NCBI GenBank assembly: GCA_963760795.1
Contig: CAVXEP010000006.1
Span: 68,615 to 132,614, forward strand
Direction: 5' to 3'
DNA length: 64,000 nt
DNA from: an uncultured delta proteobacterium
Lineage (GTDB): Bacteria; Desulfobacterota; Binatia; UBA9968
Within the stretch, counting starts at the first letter, position 1. Each line of letters starts with the position of its first letter. Of this stretch, positions 23,433-33,965 are shown piece by piece. The position numbers were made by a program, and so were the translations under genes. The notes below the pieces were generated by a model. That model made no database searches and was not told the origin of the DNA. It was given only the letters and a program-made list of their open reading frames with translations.

Positions 23433-24992
23433 TCAATGGAGCAGCTGTTTTTGCCGCAAAAACTCGCGCGCCACATCCTTCGCCTGTCGCTTCTCGCCAT
23501 CCACCGCGTTGTTCAGCTTACGCATCTCATCGACAGTGAGAATGCCGCCGAGCTGTTTCAGCACCTCGCGCAGCGCTGGATATTTCTCCAAAGCCGACTG
23601 GCGCACTACCGGCACCGCGTCGTAGGGCGGAAAATAATGCCGATCGTCTTCGAGTTGAAACAAGCCGTAGCGACTGATCAAACCGTCGGTGGAGTTGCCA
23701 GCGATGAGATCCACCTGATTCTCCGCCAGCGCCCGGTAGGTCAGCGATAAATCCATCTCGCGGGTGGCCTCGAAGTGGAGTCCGTAGGCCTTGGAAAAAC
23801 CCGGATAGCCATCGGCGCGCGACATAAAGTCTTGGCCGAAACCGGCACGCCACTGCGACGAAATCTTCGCCGCGTCGCTGACCGTTTTCAGACCAAGCTT
23901 CTTGGCGTCGTCGCCGCGAACGAGAATGGCAAAAGTATTGTTAAAGCCAAGCGGTTCGCTCCATTCGAGGTTAAAGCGCGTGGCGTACGCCGATTTCACG
24001 CGGCGCAAAACTTCCTGCGGATCGGCCATGGGCTTTTCTTTTAAGATCGCCAAGAGCCCTGTGCCGGTATATTCGACGTAAATGTCGATCTCGCCGCCGA
24101 TGAGCGCCTCATGGGCGAGATTGCCGCCCAGGTCGAAACGACGAACCACTTGTAGGCCAGTTTTAGCCTCGATCGCTTGGGCGACGATCTCGCCGAGAAT
24201 GACTTGCTCGGTGAAATCTTTGGAACCGACGGCGATGCGGCCGCCGGTATTACTGTTGAAAAAGTACACCCCGCCGAGCACCGCCAAAACGACCAGAGCA
24301 CTAGCCCACAGCAGGCTCTTCGACTTGCCGCGCACCGCCGCACCGAGTTGAATGGTTTTTTCGAAATAGCCAAGCAGTAAATCGGCGGCGATGGCGATCA
24401 GCGCCGCCGGCACCGCGCCGGCCAGGATGAGCACGTTGTCGTTGGCGCGCAAACCGCGAAAGATATAGCGGCCCAAGCCTCCGGCATCGATGGCCGCGGC
24501 GATGGTCGCGGTGCCGACGCAAATCACCGTGGCGACGCGCACGCCGGCGATGATCACGCCCAACGCCAACGGCAACTCGACTTGCAACAGCAACTGGCGG
24601 TCGGTCATACCCATGCCGCGGCCGGCGTCGCGAATCGCCGGGTCGACATTACTGATACCGGTAAAAGTATTGCGGATGATCGGCAGGAGTGAGTAGAGCA
24701 CCAAGGCGACGATCGCTGTGCGCGCGCCGATGCCACCGACGATTTTAACCTGGAATAAATAAATATTCAGCGGGATGAGAAAACCAAACAGCGCCAGACT
24801 GGGCACAGTCTGCATGATGTTGGCGAAGCCTAAGATCGGCTTGCTCAGTGCCGGCCGGCGCGTCAGCAAGATGCCTAGCGGCACGCCGATCAGGACGGCG
24901 ATGCCGGTGGAAACAACGACGAGAAAGAGGTGCTCCAAGACCAGTTCGCCGAGCTCGCCGCGATTGTGGGTGAAGAATTCTAATAGTGTCAC
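23433..24992 (-). CDS. Quaternary-amine ABC transporter, fused permease + substrate-binding protein (OpuBC/EgtU-like)
   Basis: QTVPSLAL, EAA-like DAGRGMGM loop, VGSKDFTEQ, YVEYTGT, FPPYDA. Confidence 0.9.
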   Translation of the reverse strand: MTLLEFFTHNRGELGELVLEHLFLVVVSTGIAVLIGVPLGILLTRRPALSKPILGFANIMQTVPSLALFGFLIPLNIYLFQVKIVGGIGARTAIVALVLYSLLPIIRNTFTGISNVDPAIRDAGRGMGMTDRQLLLQVELPLALGVIIAGVRVATVICVGTATIAAAIDAGGLGRYIFRGLRANDNVLILAGAVPAALIAIAADLLLGYFEKTIQLGAAVRGKSKSLLWASALVVLAVLGGVYFFNSNTGGRIAVGSKDFTEQVILGEIVAQAIEAKTGLQVVRRFDLGGNLAHEALIGGEIDIYVEYTGTGLLAILKEKPMADPQEVLRRVKSAYATRFNLEWSEPLGFNNTFAILVRGDDAKKLGLKTVSDAAKISSQWRAGFGQDFMSRADGYPGFSKAYGLHFEATREMDLSLTYRALAENQVDLIAGNSTDGLISRYGLFQLEDDRHYFPPYDAVPVVRQSALEKYPALREVLKQLGGILTVDEMRKLNNAVDGEKRQAKDVAREFLRQKQLLH

Positions 24993-25756
24993 GCCGGTCT
25001 CCTGATTGCCTGGCCGTCGTGAAAGCAGGCGGCGAAGGCGCGCGCCTCCGGATGAGACGATTCGAGCAATTCGGCGGGCGCGCCGAGCAAGACCATCTCG
25101 CCGTCCTTGAGCAGCCCGATGCGGCTGCCGAGGACAAACGCCTCGGCGATATCGTGGGTGACGAACACCATGGTCTTGCCCAGGTTTTGCTGCAAGGCTT
25201 TGAACTCCTCTTGAATACCGCGCCGGGTGATCGGATCGAGGGCGCCGAAGGGCTCGTCCAAGAGAATCACCGGCGGATCGGCGGCCAGCGCGCGTGCGAC
25301 ACCGACCCGCTGGCGCTGGCCGCCGGAAAGCTCACGCGGCATGCTCCCGGCAAAGCGCTCGGCGTCGAGGCCGACCAGATTCAACAGCTCATAGGCTCGT
25401 TGGTGAATGCGTTCCGGCTGCCAACCCTCCAGCCGCGGCACCACGCCAATGTTTTGTTCGATAGTCAGGTGCGGGAACAAGCCGATCTCCTGGATCACAT
25501 AGCCAATGCGCCGGCGCAGTTGGATCGGATCCCAGTCCACCGTCGGCTTGCCATCGATGATTACTTGTCCGGCGGTCGGGTCGATTAAGCGGTTGATCAG
25601 TTTCATCGTCGTGGTCTTGCCTGAGCCGCTGCGGCCAAGCAGCACCAAGGTCTCGCCCCGGCCGACCTGCAAATTAAGATGGGCCAACAGGGTCTTGCCG
25701 CCCGGCAAAACGAAGCTGACATCGCGAAATTCAATGGCGGATTCTGTATTACTCAT
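24989..25756 (-). CDS. Quaternary-amine ABC transporter ATP-binding subunit (OpuBA/ProV/EgtU ATPase-like)
   Basis: GRSGSGKT, LSGGQRQRVG, LLDEPFGALDP, VTHD; no CBS domains. Confidence 0.92.
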   Translation of the reverse strand: MSNTESAIEFRDVSFVLPGGKTLLAHLNLQVGRGETLVLLGRSGSGKTTTMKLINRLIDPTAGQVIIDGKPTVDWDPIQLRRRIGYVIQEIGLFPHLTIEQNIGVVPRLEGWQPERIHQRAYELLNLVGLDAERFAGSMPRELSGGQRQRVGVARALAADPPVILLDEPFGALDPITRRGIQEEFKALQQNLGKTMVFVTHDIAEAFVLGSRIGLLKDGEMVLLGAPAELLESSHPEARAFAACFHDGQAIRRPA

Positions 25757-25811
25757 GATCTCCTGGCGGCGGTCGCATCCGCGTTAGATTTCTTTTATAG
25801 TCACCCGGGCC

Positions 25812-26846
25812 ATGGAACAGCAAACCTTACCGATTATTTTCAGCGCCGATGAAACATCACGCTGGTCCTCCGAACACGCGGGAATCTGGTCGCTGCGCGG
25901 CGCCGATTTCGACTCGGTGCCGACAATGTCGATTTTGACCACGCTGTGGGACCACCCGCGTTGGCTCGAGGCATATCACCTCTACGACGCCCAAGGCTCG
26001 GAACTCTTCGAAGATATCTGCGAACTGCCGGAATACTATCTCACCCGCACCGAGAATAGCATTCTCGAAGTTCAGGCAAAAAACATCATCGCCGCCGCAC
26101 CGGTCAAGTGCATCGTCGAGCTCGGCGCCGGTTACAGCAAAAAAACCGTCCACCTGCTCACCGAACAGTTGCGCCAGCGCGGCAGCTGTCAGTTCGCGCC
26201 CATCGATGTCAGCATCGCCGGACTGCTCGCCTCCCAAGCGGCGGTGCGCCGCGATTTCCCGCAAATCCAGTTCCACGGCATCCACTCGCGCTACGAAGAA
26301 GGCTTCTCCGCCGTCGACAAGAATCTGCCGACGCTTTTCGTGTTTCTCGGCAGCACTATCGGCAACTTCAATCAGACCGAGTTCCCGCGTTTCTTCCGCG
26401 CCCTCGCGGACAACATGGGAGCCAACGATTATTTGCTCCTGGGCGCCGACCGGGTCAAAGACAAAAATATTCTAGAACCCGCCTACAACGACAGCCGCGG
26501 CATCACAGCGGCATTTATTTTGAACGTGTTCGGCAACATCAACCGACTGCTCGGCGCTAACTTCGATCGCGCCAAAATGCGCTATCACTCATGGTTCAAT
26601 CCCGAGTGGCAGCAGATCGAGATGTACGCGGTGGCCAATGAATCCCATTCCATCAGCATCCCCAGCGCCAACGCAGCGTTTACCTGGAATAAGAATGAAC
26701 GCATCCTGGTCGAAATCAGCCGCAAGTTCGAACCCAACCGCTTGCAGGAACAATTGGGCTTCCTCGGCTTACAGCCGGTCGCCCACTACACCGATCCGAA
26801 GGAATGGTTTTCAGTTTTCTTGTTGCGCAAACAAGCTCACAGATAG
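25812..26846 (+). CDS. egtD: L-histidine N-alpha-trimethyltransferase (hercynine synthase)
   Basis: YDAQGSELFEDICELPEYYLTRTE, ELGAG, FLGSTIGNF, AYNDSRGITAAF, EISRKF. Confidence 0.88.
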   Translation: MEQQTLPIIFSADETSRWSSEHAGIWSLRGADFDSVPTMSILTTLWDHPRWLEAYHLYDAQGSELFEDICELPEYYLTRTENSILEVQAKNIIAAAPVKCIVELGAGYSKKTVHLLTEQLRQRGSCQFAPIDVSIAGLLASQAAVRRDFPQIQFHGIHSRYEEGFSAVDKNLPTLFVFLGSTIGNFNQTEFPRFFRALADNMGANDYLLLGADRVKDKNILEPAYNDSRGITAAFILNVFGNINRLLGANFDRAKMRYHSWFNPEWQQIEMYAVANESHSISIPSANAAFTWNKNERILVEISRKFEPNRLQEQLGFLGLQPVAHYTDPKEWFSVFLLRKQAHR

Positions 26847-27810
26847 GGCCGCACCCGCAGCACCGGCGCGCCCTGCGGTAGATCCTGGAGCGCGATGGGA
26901 CCGCGCAGTTGATGCAGGGCCGTGGTGAAATAGCTGCCATGGTATTTGCCTGCCTGAGCGTCGAACCCCTTGGGCAAATCGATCCAGGAGATCGCCGGAT
27001 TGATGTGATGAATACCGTGCAGATTGAAATTCAACAATAAGCCCGCCAGCGGTTTGGGCAGACTGAGATTCTTGGCAAAAAACACATCGCTCACCGCCGT
27101 CTCGTAGTGATAAATATTGTCGAGAAACGAAATCAGCAATGCGCGCGCCGCCAACGCACCGAGCAACAACGGCCAGTGCGGACCGAATGAGTAAAATGCC
27201 AAGACCAACCATCCCATCGTCAACGCCCCGTCGCGGCGAATCTCGCGCAGCGATTCGGCGCCGAGCCAGTTCTGCATCAAAATATTGCTGACGCTCTGCG
27301 CCGGCAGATAGCGCCGCGAAAGCGCTCCAGCCAGCGCCGCGGCAAGAAAAAATAGAGCGGACTGATGACTTCGACAAGGTACAGGCCGAGAAGAATCTGA
27401 AAATAATATCCCGGCGCCGCGCCGGCTTTGCTGCCCTTGTCACGATCGTAGTATTCCGTGCCTTCAACAGGCATGCGGTTGAGCTTGTGGTGCAGCAAAT
27501 GACTCAAGCGTAAGATGCGAAACGGCGACCCGAACACGATCGCCAGCATCCGCCCGATCACCAGGTTCACCGATTTAGCCGAATGCAGCAAGTCGTGAAT
27601 CGCTTCGTGGATCAGGCTCCAGAATGGATTGGTCAATAGCACCAGCGGCAAAAGCAGCCAACCCCATCGCGGGTCACGAGGCAACAGCAATAATGGCAAT
27701 ACGAAAAACTCCAGGAGATTAACGCCGAAGTAGAAGAGCGCGAGAGCGCAGTTGATCGCATCCGGCACTCCAGTGCCGCGTTGCACGGTGGTTTCAGCCT
27801 GGCGAACCAT
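26837..27810 (-). CDS. Membrane fatty-acid desaturase/hydroxylase-like protein, frameshifted near 27300
   Basis: His boxes HEAIH and HLLHH (27277-27810) and HGIHH (26837-27280). Confidence 0.78.
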
Positions 27811-27812
27811 GG

Positions 27813-28458
27813 TCAGAAAGTAAAATTCAAGGTTTGCTTCAAGGGCGACAGGCTTACGAGCACCACAATACCGAAACCGAAGGTCACGACGCCGGAGGCC
27901 CGATGAATCACGGGTAAAAATCCATTACTGATATTGAGCCGGAACAAGGTCAGCCCGGCAAACAACCCCACCCACCACAGCGCCGACCCAATGAAGACAC
28001 CGGCCATCAGACAGCGCCGCCGCCGGGTAGTGACCTTGCAGACTTGGCACATGCCGACCCGCATGGATCGCGATAAACGATAGAATCGTCACCGAATTTG
28101 AAAAGGTCAGAAAAAATGTCGTCGCGTAGGCGCCGAGCAAGCCATTGGTAGAAATCGTCGGGACTTTCACCACCGGTTCGATGCGATAAATCCGATACCC
28201 GAGCACGCACAGAAAGATCCCGCCGATCAAACGCAGCAATAACTGCTGTTCAATAAGAAAATCAGATATCAATGAAATCCCCAGCGCGGCGATGCCGGCG
28301 GCAATCGCATCCGCACTGGCAACACCCAACACGGAAGCGAGGCCAGCGAGAGCACCGAGCATCAGCGATCGATTGATGCATAACAAACCGAGCGGCCCCA
28401 CCGGTACCGCAACCACCAGACCGATCAGCATACCTTGGATGATAAAAAAAATCGGCAT
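27813..28458 (-). CDS. LysE family translocator, frameshifted near 28010
   Basis: AVPVGPLGLLCI, ADAI, GVFIGSALWW. Confidence 0.8.
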
Positions 28459-28483
28459 GAAGTATCTTCGCGATCAGGGCGCG

Positions 28484-29290
28484 CTAGCGAGCACAACGAA
28501 AGCTGATGTTGTGATGGCCCCCGCGCGGATTGCGCGAAACCTGCCGGCCGCGGTGGGTCGTGGTCAATTCGTCGGCGCCAACGTCATGTCCGCCGCCGCG
28601 AGTGCCGCGCACTCTATCCTTGCTCAAGTCTTCCCTACCGTCTTTAGAATTGTAGGGATAGGGCTGATAGGCGCTGTTCACCCACTCCCAACCGTTTCCT
28701 GCCGCATCGAGAAGTCCGTAAGGACTCGCGCCTTTGGGAAAGCTGCCGACCGGCTTGAGATCGTTCCAACCGCCACCGAAATGCGCGCGCGTGCGATCAG
28801 GAGGTTCATTTCCCCAGGGATACTTTCTTGCGTCGGTGCCGCGCGCAGCTTTCTCCCACTCCGCTTCCGTCGGCAAGCGCTTGCCAGTCCATCGGCAATA
28901 GGCAACGGCGCCGTACCAAGACGCTTCGACCACCGGATTATTCTCGAAACCCGTATCCGCCGACCACTGACCGTCACGCCGATGCACCCGCGCGTCGTTG
29001 TCGTCGATGTCAAAATATTTTTCGCCCTGCGGACCGACCGGTCCAATGGCGTTCAAGAATAAGGCAAACTGGGTATTCGTCACCTTAGTGCGATCGATAG
29101 AAAATTCCGCCACCTCGACGCGATGCTGCGGCCGTTCATCGTCGGGGCCGTCATTGCTGCCCATCAAGAACGCCGCCGCGGGAATTCGAATCATCTCGCT
29201 GCTCTCTCTGGACTGAGCGAACACTGCCATGACAGTCGCCAGAATAGTGGCTACGGCTGGACCAAAAAACATTATGAATCGCGGCTTCAT
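28484..29290 (-). CDS. Exported FGE-sulfatase (SUMF1/EgtB C-terminal-like) domain protein
   Basis: Signal peptide; FLMGS, RLPTEAEWEKAARG, GNGWEW, FRCA; lacks the catalytic Cys pair of true FGE. Confidence 0.85.
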   Translation of the reverse strand: MKPRFIMFFGPAVATILATVMAVFAQSRESSEMIRIPAAAFLMGSNDGPDDERPQHRVEVAEFSIDRTKVTNTQFALFLNAIGPVGPQGEKYFDIDDNDARVHRRDGQWSADTGFENNPVVEASWYGAVAYCRWTGKRLPTEAEWEKAARGTDARKYPWGNEPPDRTRAHFGGGWNDLKPVGSFPKGASPYGLLDAAGNGWEWVNSAYQPYPYNSKDGREDLSKDRVRGTRGGGHDVGADELTTTHRGRQVSRNPRGGHHNISFRCAR

Positions 29291-29802
29291 CGCGGTGGTA
29301 AACTCTTGCCGTGATCCTACGCAAAGCCATTGGTCTTGGCAAGCAAACGATTAGCGCGACACCACTTCGTCAGCGAATACGCTCGCGGGTTACGACCGAT
29401 CGACTTTGAGAGAAGAAACCGTTGCCTGGAATATCGTGACCGGCTACGTCCAACCGCTATTCAAAGAAATATCATGGGATTGTTGTGGACCTTGGCCGTA
29501 GCGACGCGGCCGGCGACAAGGACAGAAATTAGTATCATAACCAAAATATCCTTCGGCGGCTTGATTTGCATCGCTTGTCTTTTCCTTGGCCGCGCGACCA
29601 ATCAGCTCGACCTGAGTGATGGGCCGTCTCGCGAACGCGACATTTCGTAGCCTTCGGTATCCATCCCGAATACTCCGCTCGCTGTGCGGTTTTAGCTCAT
29701 CAAAGGTTGCAGATCAGGTTCTTAACATTGCGCTCCTATGACAACCCCTCCCAGCAGTTCTTTCGATATTCAGAGTCTTCCTTAGAACGCTCCCGGATTG
29801 CG

Positions 29803-29818
29803 TGGTGCAGCATTTGCT
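29803..29818 (+). promoter_or_regulatory. Putative sigma-54 -24/-12 promoter
   Basis: TGGTGC-N5-TTGCT with GG/GC at canonical spacing, about 60 bp upstream of the kinase. Confidence 0.45.
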
Positions 29819-29879
29819 TCACCAATCTATCGAATTACCGACAGAAAATTACAGCGAGGTTCTTTAAAACGGACGGGAC

Positions 29880-32204
29880 ATGATTCAGTTCGCCTCAAGC
29901 CTTCGAGCTCGCCTGATCGCCTTCGTTCTGCTCGCGGTATTCCCCGCGTATGGGGTCATTTTATTCACCGATCAGAGACACCGTGCCTCAATTGCCAACC
30001 AGGTACAGAAAAACGCGCTCGGATCGGCGCGAGTCATTGCCACCGAACAGCGACGGATTTTCGAGAACGCGCACCAACTCCTAATTACTCTGGCGCGCCT
30101 ACCACAACTCCGCGAGGGGAATGCCGCTGCATGCGAAAGGATCCTCGCCGGACTCTTGGAGCCGCTTTACGTTGATCTCGGCGTAGTCGATGCCAAGGGT
30201 AATCTGTTGTGCAATGCTTTAGGGTCACAAATCTTCCAAAGCCGGCGCCTGAAGAACTCGTACGTTGGCCGCGTTGTTGAATCCCGGGATATCGCTGTCG
30301 GTGAGATTCAACAAGATGCATCCAACGGCAAGACGGTTATCGAGCTGGGATTCCCCATCGGCGAATCAACCGGTAGTCTGCGCGCCATCGCTTTCATAGT
30401 CCTAGACTATTCCTGGATCGTCAGAATCACGGCAAAGAATCATCTTCCGTCCGGCGCCTCATTTACGATCTTCGATGACAATGGCAAGGTATTTTTCCGC
30501 TACCCCGACGAAGCCGTTGTAGTTGGAACGCCAATTCAAGCGGACAATGCCAGCAAAACAAAACTCATTCGAGGTGTCGAGGGCAATATAGAGTCCACGG
30601 GCGTCGACCAAACTGCCCATCTCTTCACCTACCGGCAGTTAGACCACCGGATCGGCGGAAGTGTGATGTATGCCGGCATCGACATACCGGCGCGGGCAGC
30701 GTTTGCCGAATCCGCGCTCATACTTCGGCAAAACCTCATCATTCTTAGCGTCCTGACGGCGTTAACTTTGATCGCAGCCTGGTTCGGCGCAGATCTCTTC
30801 GTGCTGCGCCGTGTGTCCGATCTGGTGGGTGCAACTAAGGAATTGGCCAGTGGTAACTTGAAGGCGCGGACTGGCCTACCCTATGGCGGCAGCGAACTCG
30901 GCCATCTGGCGCGGACCTTCGACGATTTAGCGAAAACCTTAGAGCAACGCGCCGCCGACGCCAAAGTGGCTGAGACTGAGATTCAAAAGCAACACCTACG
31001 CCAAAGCGCCATCCACGAAATCAGCGCAGCGATGACCTCCAGTCTCGACGTCGGCAATGTTTTGACTGCTCTCTCGGAGGGAGTCGCTCCGCTGTTTCCC
31101 TCGTGCTGTGTATCAATCCGTTGGCTGGATGAGCAAAGCGGCAGGATCGAGCCGATCGCACAGTCACCGCGAATCGACCCCATGGGCCAGTTAGCTGGCG
31201 CGCAGAGCGAAAGCGGCCTTCCTTTGGAGGTCTTCAAACTCAAATCTCCCTTGCTGATATCGAATGCTCAAAATGATCCCCGCGCTTCCGATCCCGAATC
31301 CTTGCGCGCCGCGGGTTTCGTCACTTATCTGGGTCTACCGATGATTGTCAAAGGCGAGGTATTGGGCGTCCTGTCCTTTTACTACAGGGAAACAATCGAT
31401 TTACGGATAGAAGAAACCTTTTTAGCCGACCTCACCCACCAGGCCGCCATCGCACTTTATAATTCACACTTGTTTGAGCAGACCAGAAATCAAGCGGTGG
31501 AGCTGGAGAAGTCGAACCGGATTAAAGACGAATTTCTTGGAGTCATTTCCCATGAGTTGCGGACGCCGCTTAATATCATCATGAACTGCGCTGAAGCGTT
31601 GAACATGGGCATATTCGGCGACATCACCCCAGAACATAGCAAAGGCACAGAAAAAATTCGCGTGCAGGCCAGCCATCTGCTGTCGCTGATCAACAGCATT
31701 CTGGAAATCACCAAGATTGAATCCGGCGGCATGGCCGTCAACCCGGAACACATCGATCTTAAGGAACTCATACGGGAACTCGAATCCGACTACGCCATGG
31801 CGTCCAAGGAAAAAAACTTGGCGATAAACTGGCAGATTCCGGACGATCTGCCGAACCTCGTAACCGACCGCATGAAACTTCGCCAAGTGGCGATCAACCT
31901 GGTAAACAACGCGATCAAATTCACCGATCAAGGTTCGGTGGATATATCATTTAGCTCTGTGCCCGACGAGCCGTTTATCGAATTCTCCGTATCGGACACG
32001 GGAATTGGCATGGCCGAGGAGTTTTTGCCGCACATTTTCGACAAATTCAATCAGATCGACAGCGCCGCCACGCGCCATTATGCCGGCGCCGGACTCGGGC
32101 TTTACCTGGTCAAGAATTTCGTCGGACTACTGGGCGGCTCGCTGAGTGTCCGCAGTAAGCTAGGGGAAGGGACGACGTTCACCGTACGCCTCCCCATTAG
32201 TTAG
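29880..32204 (+). CDS. Membrane sensor histidine kinase (Cache-HAMP-GAF-HisKA-HATPase)
   Basis: Two TMs, HAMP (ELGHLARTFD), [30 protein letters not shown]. Confidence 0.93.
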   Translation: MIQFASSLRARLIAFVLLAVFPAYGVILFTDQRHRASIANQVQKNALGSARVIATEQRRIFENAHQLLITLARLPQLREGNAAACERILAGLLEPLYVDLGVVDAKGNLLCNALGSQIFQSRRLKNSYVGRVVESRDIAVGEIQQDASNGKTVIELGFPIGESTGSLRAIAFIVLDYSWIVRITAKNHLPSGASFTIFDDNGKVFFRYPDEAVVVGTPIQADNASKTKLIRGVEGNIESTGVDQTAHLFTYRQLDHRIGGSVMYAGIDIPARAAFAESALILRQNLIILSVLTALTLIAAWFGADLFVLRRVSDLVGATKELASGNLKARTGLPYGGSELGHLARTFDDLAKTLEQRAADAKVAETEIQKQHLRQSAIHEISAAMTSSLDVGNVLTALSEGVAPLFPSCCVSIRWLDEQSGRIEPIAQSPRIDPMGQLAGAQSESGLPLEVFKLKSPLLISNAQNDPRASDPESLRAAGFVTYLGLPMIVKGEVLGVLSFYYRETIDLRIEETFLADLTHQAAIALYNSHLFEQTRNQAVELEKSNRIKDEFLGVISHELRTPLNIIMNCAEALNMGIFGDITPEHSKGTEKIRVQASHLLSLINSILEITKIESGGMAVNPEHIDLKELIRELESDYAMASKEKNLAINWQIPDDLPNLVTDRMKLRQVAINLVNNAIKFTDQGSVDISFSSVPDEPFIEFSVSDTGIGMAEEFLPHIFDKFNQIDSAATRHYAGAGLGLYLVKNFVGLLGGSLSVRSKLGEGTTFTVRLPIS

Positions 32205-32290
32205 TCGACGGGCTTTCTCGAAGAGGATTGTATCTGCAGCACTTCATCCACCGCTGTCGTTGCTCCGCGCCCATCCATGGAGGTTAAGCA

Positions 32291-33010
32291 TTGATTACAC
32301 GATCCAGTCTCCAACGTTTGATTATCGGCTATTCATCGATGCTGATGCTGATGGTCGCGGTGTCAGGTTATTCGATAATCCAGCTGGGAAAGCTCAGCAA
32401 TGCGGCGAATATCGCGCTCAAGGTTGACCAGCGTATGATCGATTACTCGGAACAACTTGCCGATGCTTTCCTTTCCGAGGTCAGATACGCGGGCCAGTTC
32501 AACGTCACCCATGCCACCCAGCATCATGAGCAATATTTACAGTTCAGATCCGACTTCGACCGGTACACTGCGCTACTAAAACCTCTCGCCCGCTCAAGCG
32601 GCGCGGTTCAGCGCCTGGCCCGTGCTGAGGAGTATCACGCGCAGTATCGCCAATTATTCGAGAAGGAAGTCGTTTACATCAAGACAAAGCAGCCCTATGC
32701 GGAAACCCGCTTTCGCGAGGAAAAGGAGCGCCTCGTCGATTATTTGCTGAGGGAAAGTGAGGCGTTTAAGAGTGATGTCCAGAAAGGCTTGCAGGAAAGA
32801 ATCGAACACATTGAACATGCGGCAATGAAGAGCCAAAAGATCACCCTAGCTGCCACTTTGTTATTGGTCATTGTCGGGATATTTTTTGCCTGCTATCTCG
32901 GCGCCAAAATACCCCAAGAAGGGGAACGGGCGCGCGGCGTGGATCAGACCGCGATAAGGCGATTCTTGTGTTTTCAGTATTGGCGGAAAGGTCATGGTGC
33001 CACGAAATGA
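32291..33010 (+). CDS. Two-TM periplasmic four-helix-bundle sensor-like protein without kinase domain
   Basis: TM - helical periplasmic region - TM - short tail; resembles GlrK/QseE or MCP N-terminus. Confidence 0.6.
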   Translation: MITRSSLQRLIIGYSSMLMLMVAVSGYSIIQLGKLSNAANIALKVDQRMIDYSEQLADAFLSEVRYAGQFNVTHATQHHEQYLQFRSDFDRYTALLKPLARSSGAVQRLARAEEYHAQYRQLFEKEVVYIKTKQPYAETRFREEKERLVDYLLRESEAFKSDVQKGLQERIEHIEHAAMKSQKITLAATLLLVIVGIFFACYLGAKIPQEGERARGVDQTAIRRFLCFQYWRKGHGATK

Positions 33011-33543
33011 AGACCCGAACGTCAAGCAGTTCATTGTGGTGGATAACGCTGCTTTTGGGAGTCTGGCTCTCCGGCTGCTCGTCCATGAATGGAGGCCGGC
33101 CAGTGCCCGCGGTTGCCGTGGTGGAACATCGGACCGACCCCTTCGAGCGAAGCAAAGCGCTATTCTCTCAGGGACAGTATGAAGCCGCCATCAATGAGAA
33201 CCAAAAAATTCTTCAAGACCGCAGCGGTTCCCCCGACCTGGCGCTTTTCAACATGGGAATGATCTCGGCCCATTCGACCAATCCCAAAAAAAACTTTCCC
33301 CGCGCTCTTTCGACCTTTCGGACGCTCGTCAAAGATTATCCTCAGAGTCCGTTAGTTGAGCCCGCCAAGACTTGGATTACTGTCCTTGAGGAACATCAAA
33401 AAATCGCAGAGGAGAAGCGAAGCTTGAGTAAAGAACGGGAAGCTTTGGTACAGGAAAAGGACAAGCTCAAGTACACCATCGAAAAATCACGGCAGGTCGA
33501 TATTGAAATCGAAAAACGGCGGCGGGGGACGCTGCAAAAATAA
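33007..33543 (+). CDS. TPR/coiled-coil lipoprotein (QseG/YfhG-like)
   Basis: Lipobox LSGC, TPR-like LVKDYPQSP, C-terminal coiled coil ending VDIEIEKRRR; ATGA overlap with upstream gene. Confidence 0.7.
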   Translation: MKTRTSSSSLWWITLLLGVWLSGCSSMNGGRPVPAVAVVEHRTDPFERSKALFSQGQYEAAINENQKILQDRSGSPDLALFNMGMISAHSTNPKKNFPRALSTFRTLVKDYPQSPLVEPAKTWITVLEEHQKIAEEKRSLSKEREALVQEKDKLKYTIEKSRQVDIEIEKRRRGTLQK

Positions 33544-33965
33544 TCACGACTCGACTGTGCTCGGCGGCTAAGGCGGTTGATTAGAATAAATCCCGCCGGC
33601 TTCATGCCACCAACCACCTAAGCCTCGCGGTATCCCACTCGTCTAACGCAATCGGGTGACTGTTTTGGCCATCTCGGGATAACGCCAATCTTTTTCCTCT
33701 AGCGATGCTATGCGAGATTGGGTTGCAAGGAGTAAGGCCAAATTTTTTGCTATGGTCGACAGCGCACCGGCGGCGACAAATTGAATTCGGCGCGGGGGAT
33801 GAATACCTATCGCAGCAGAAGCAAAACCGCGATTGACACCTTGCGGGTGTTTCCTGTACAGATTTCTATAACTTAAACGACGCGGCCATGTAGCAGATAC
33901 GCTCGCCCCATGGCCACGCCCAGGCGGATTAGAATCATATTCCAAGTTAGTAGGGAGATAATGAC

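Noticed and set aside
28484-29290. Formylglycine-generating enzyme or EgtB call
   Set aside because: No catalytic Cys pair and no DinB iron-binding domain
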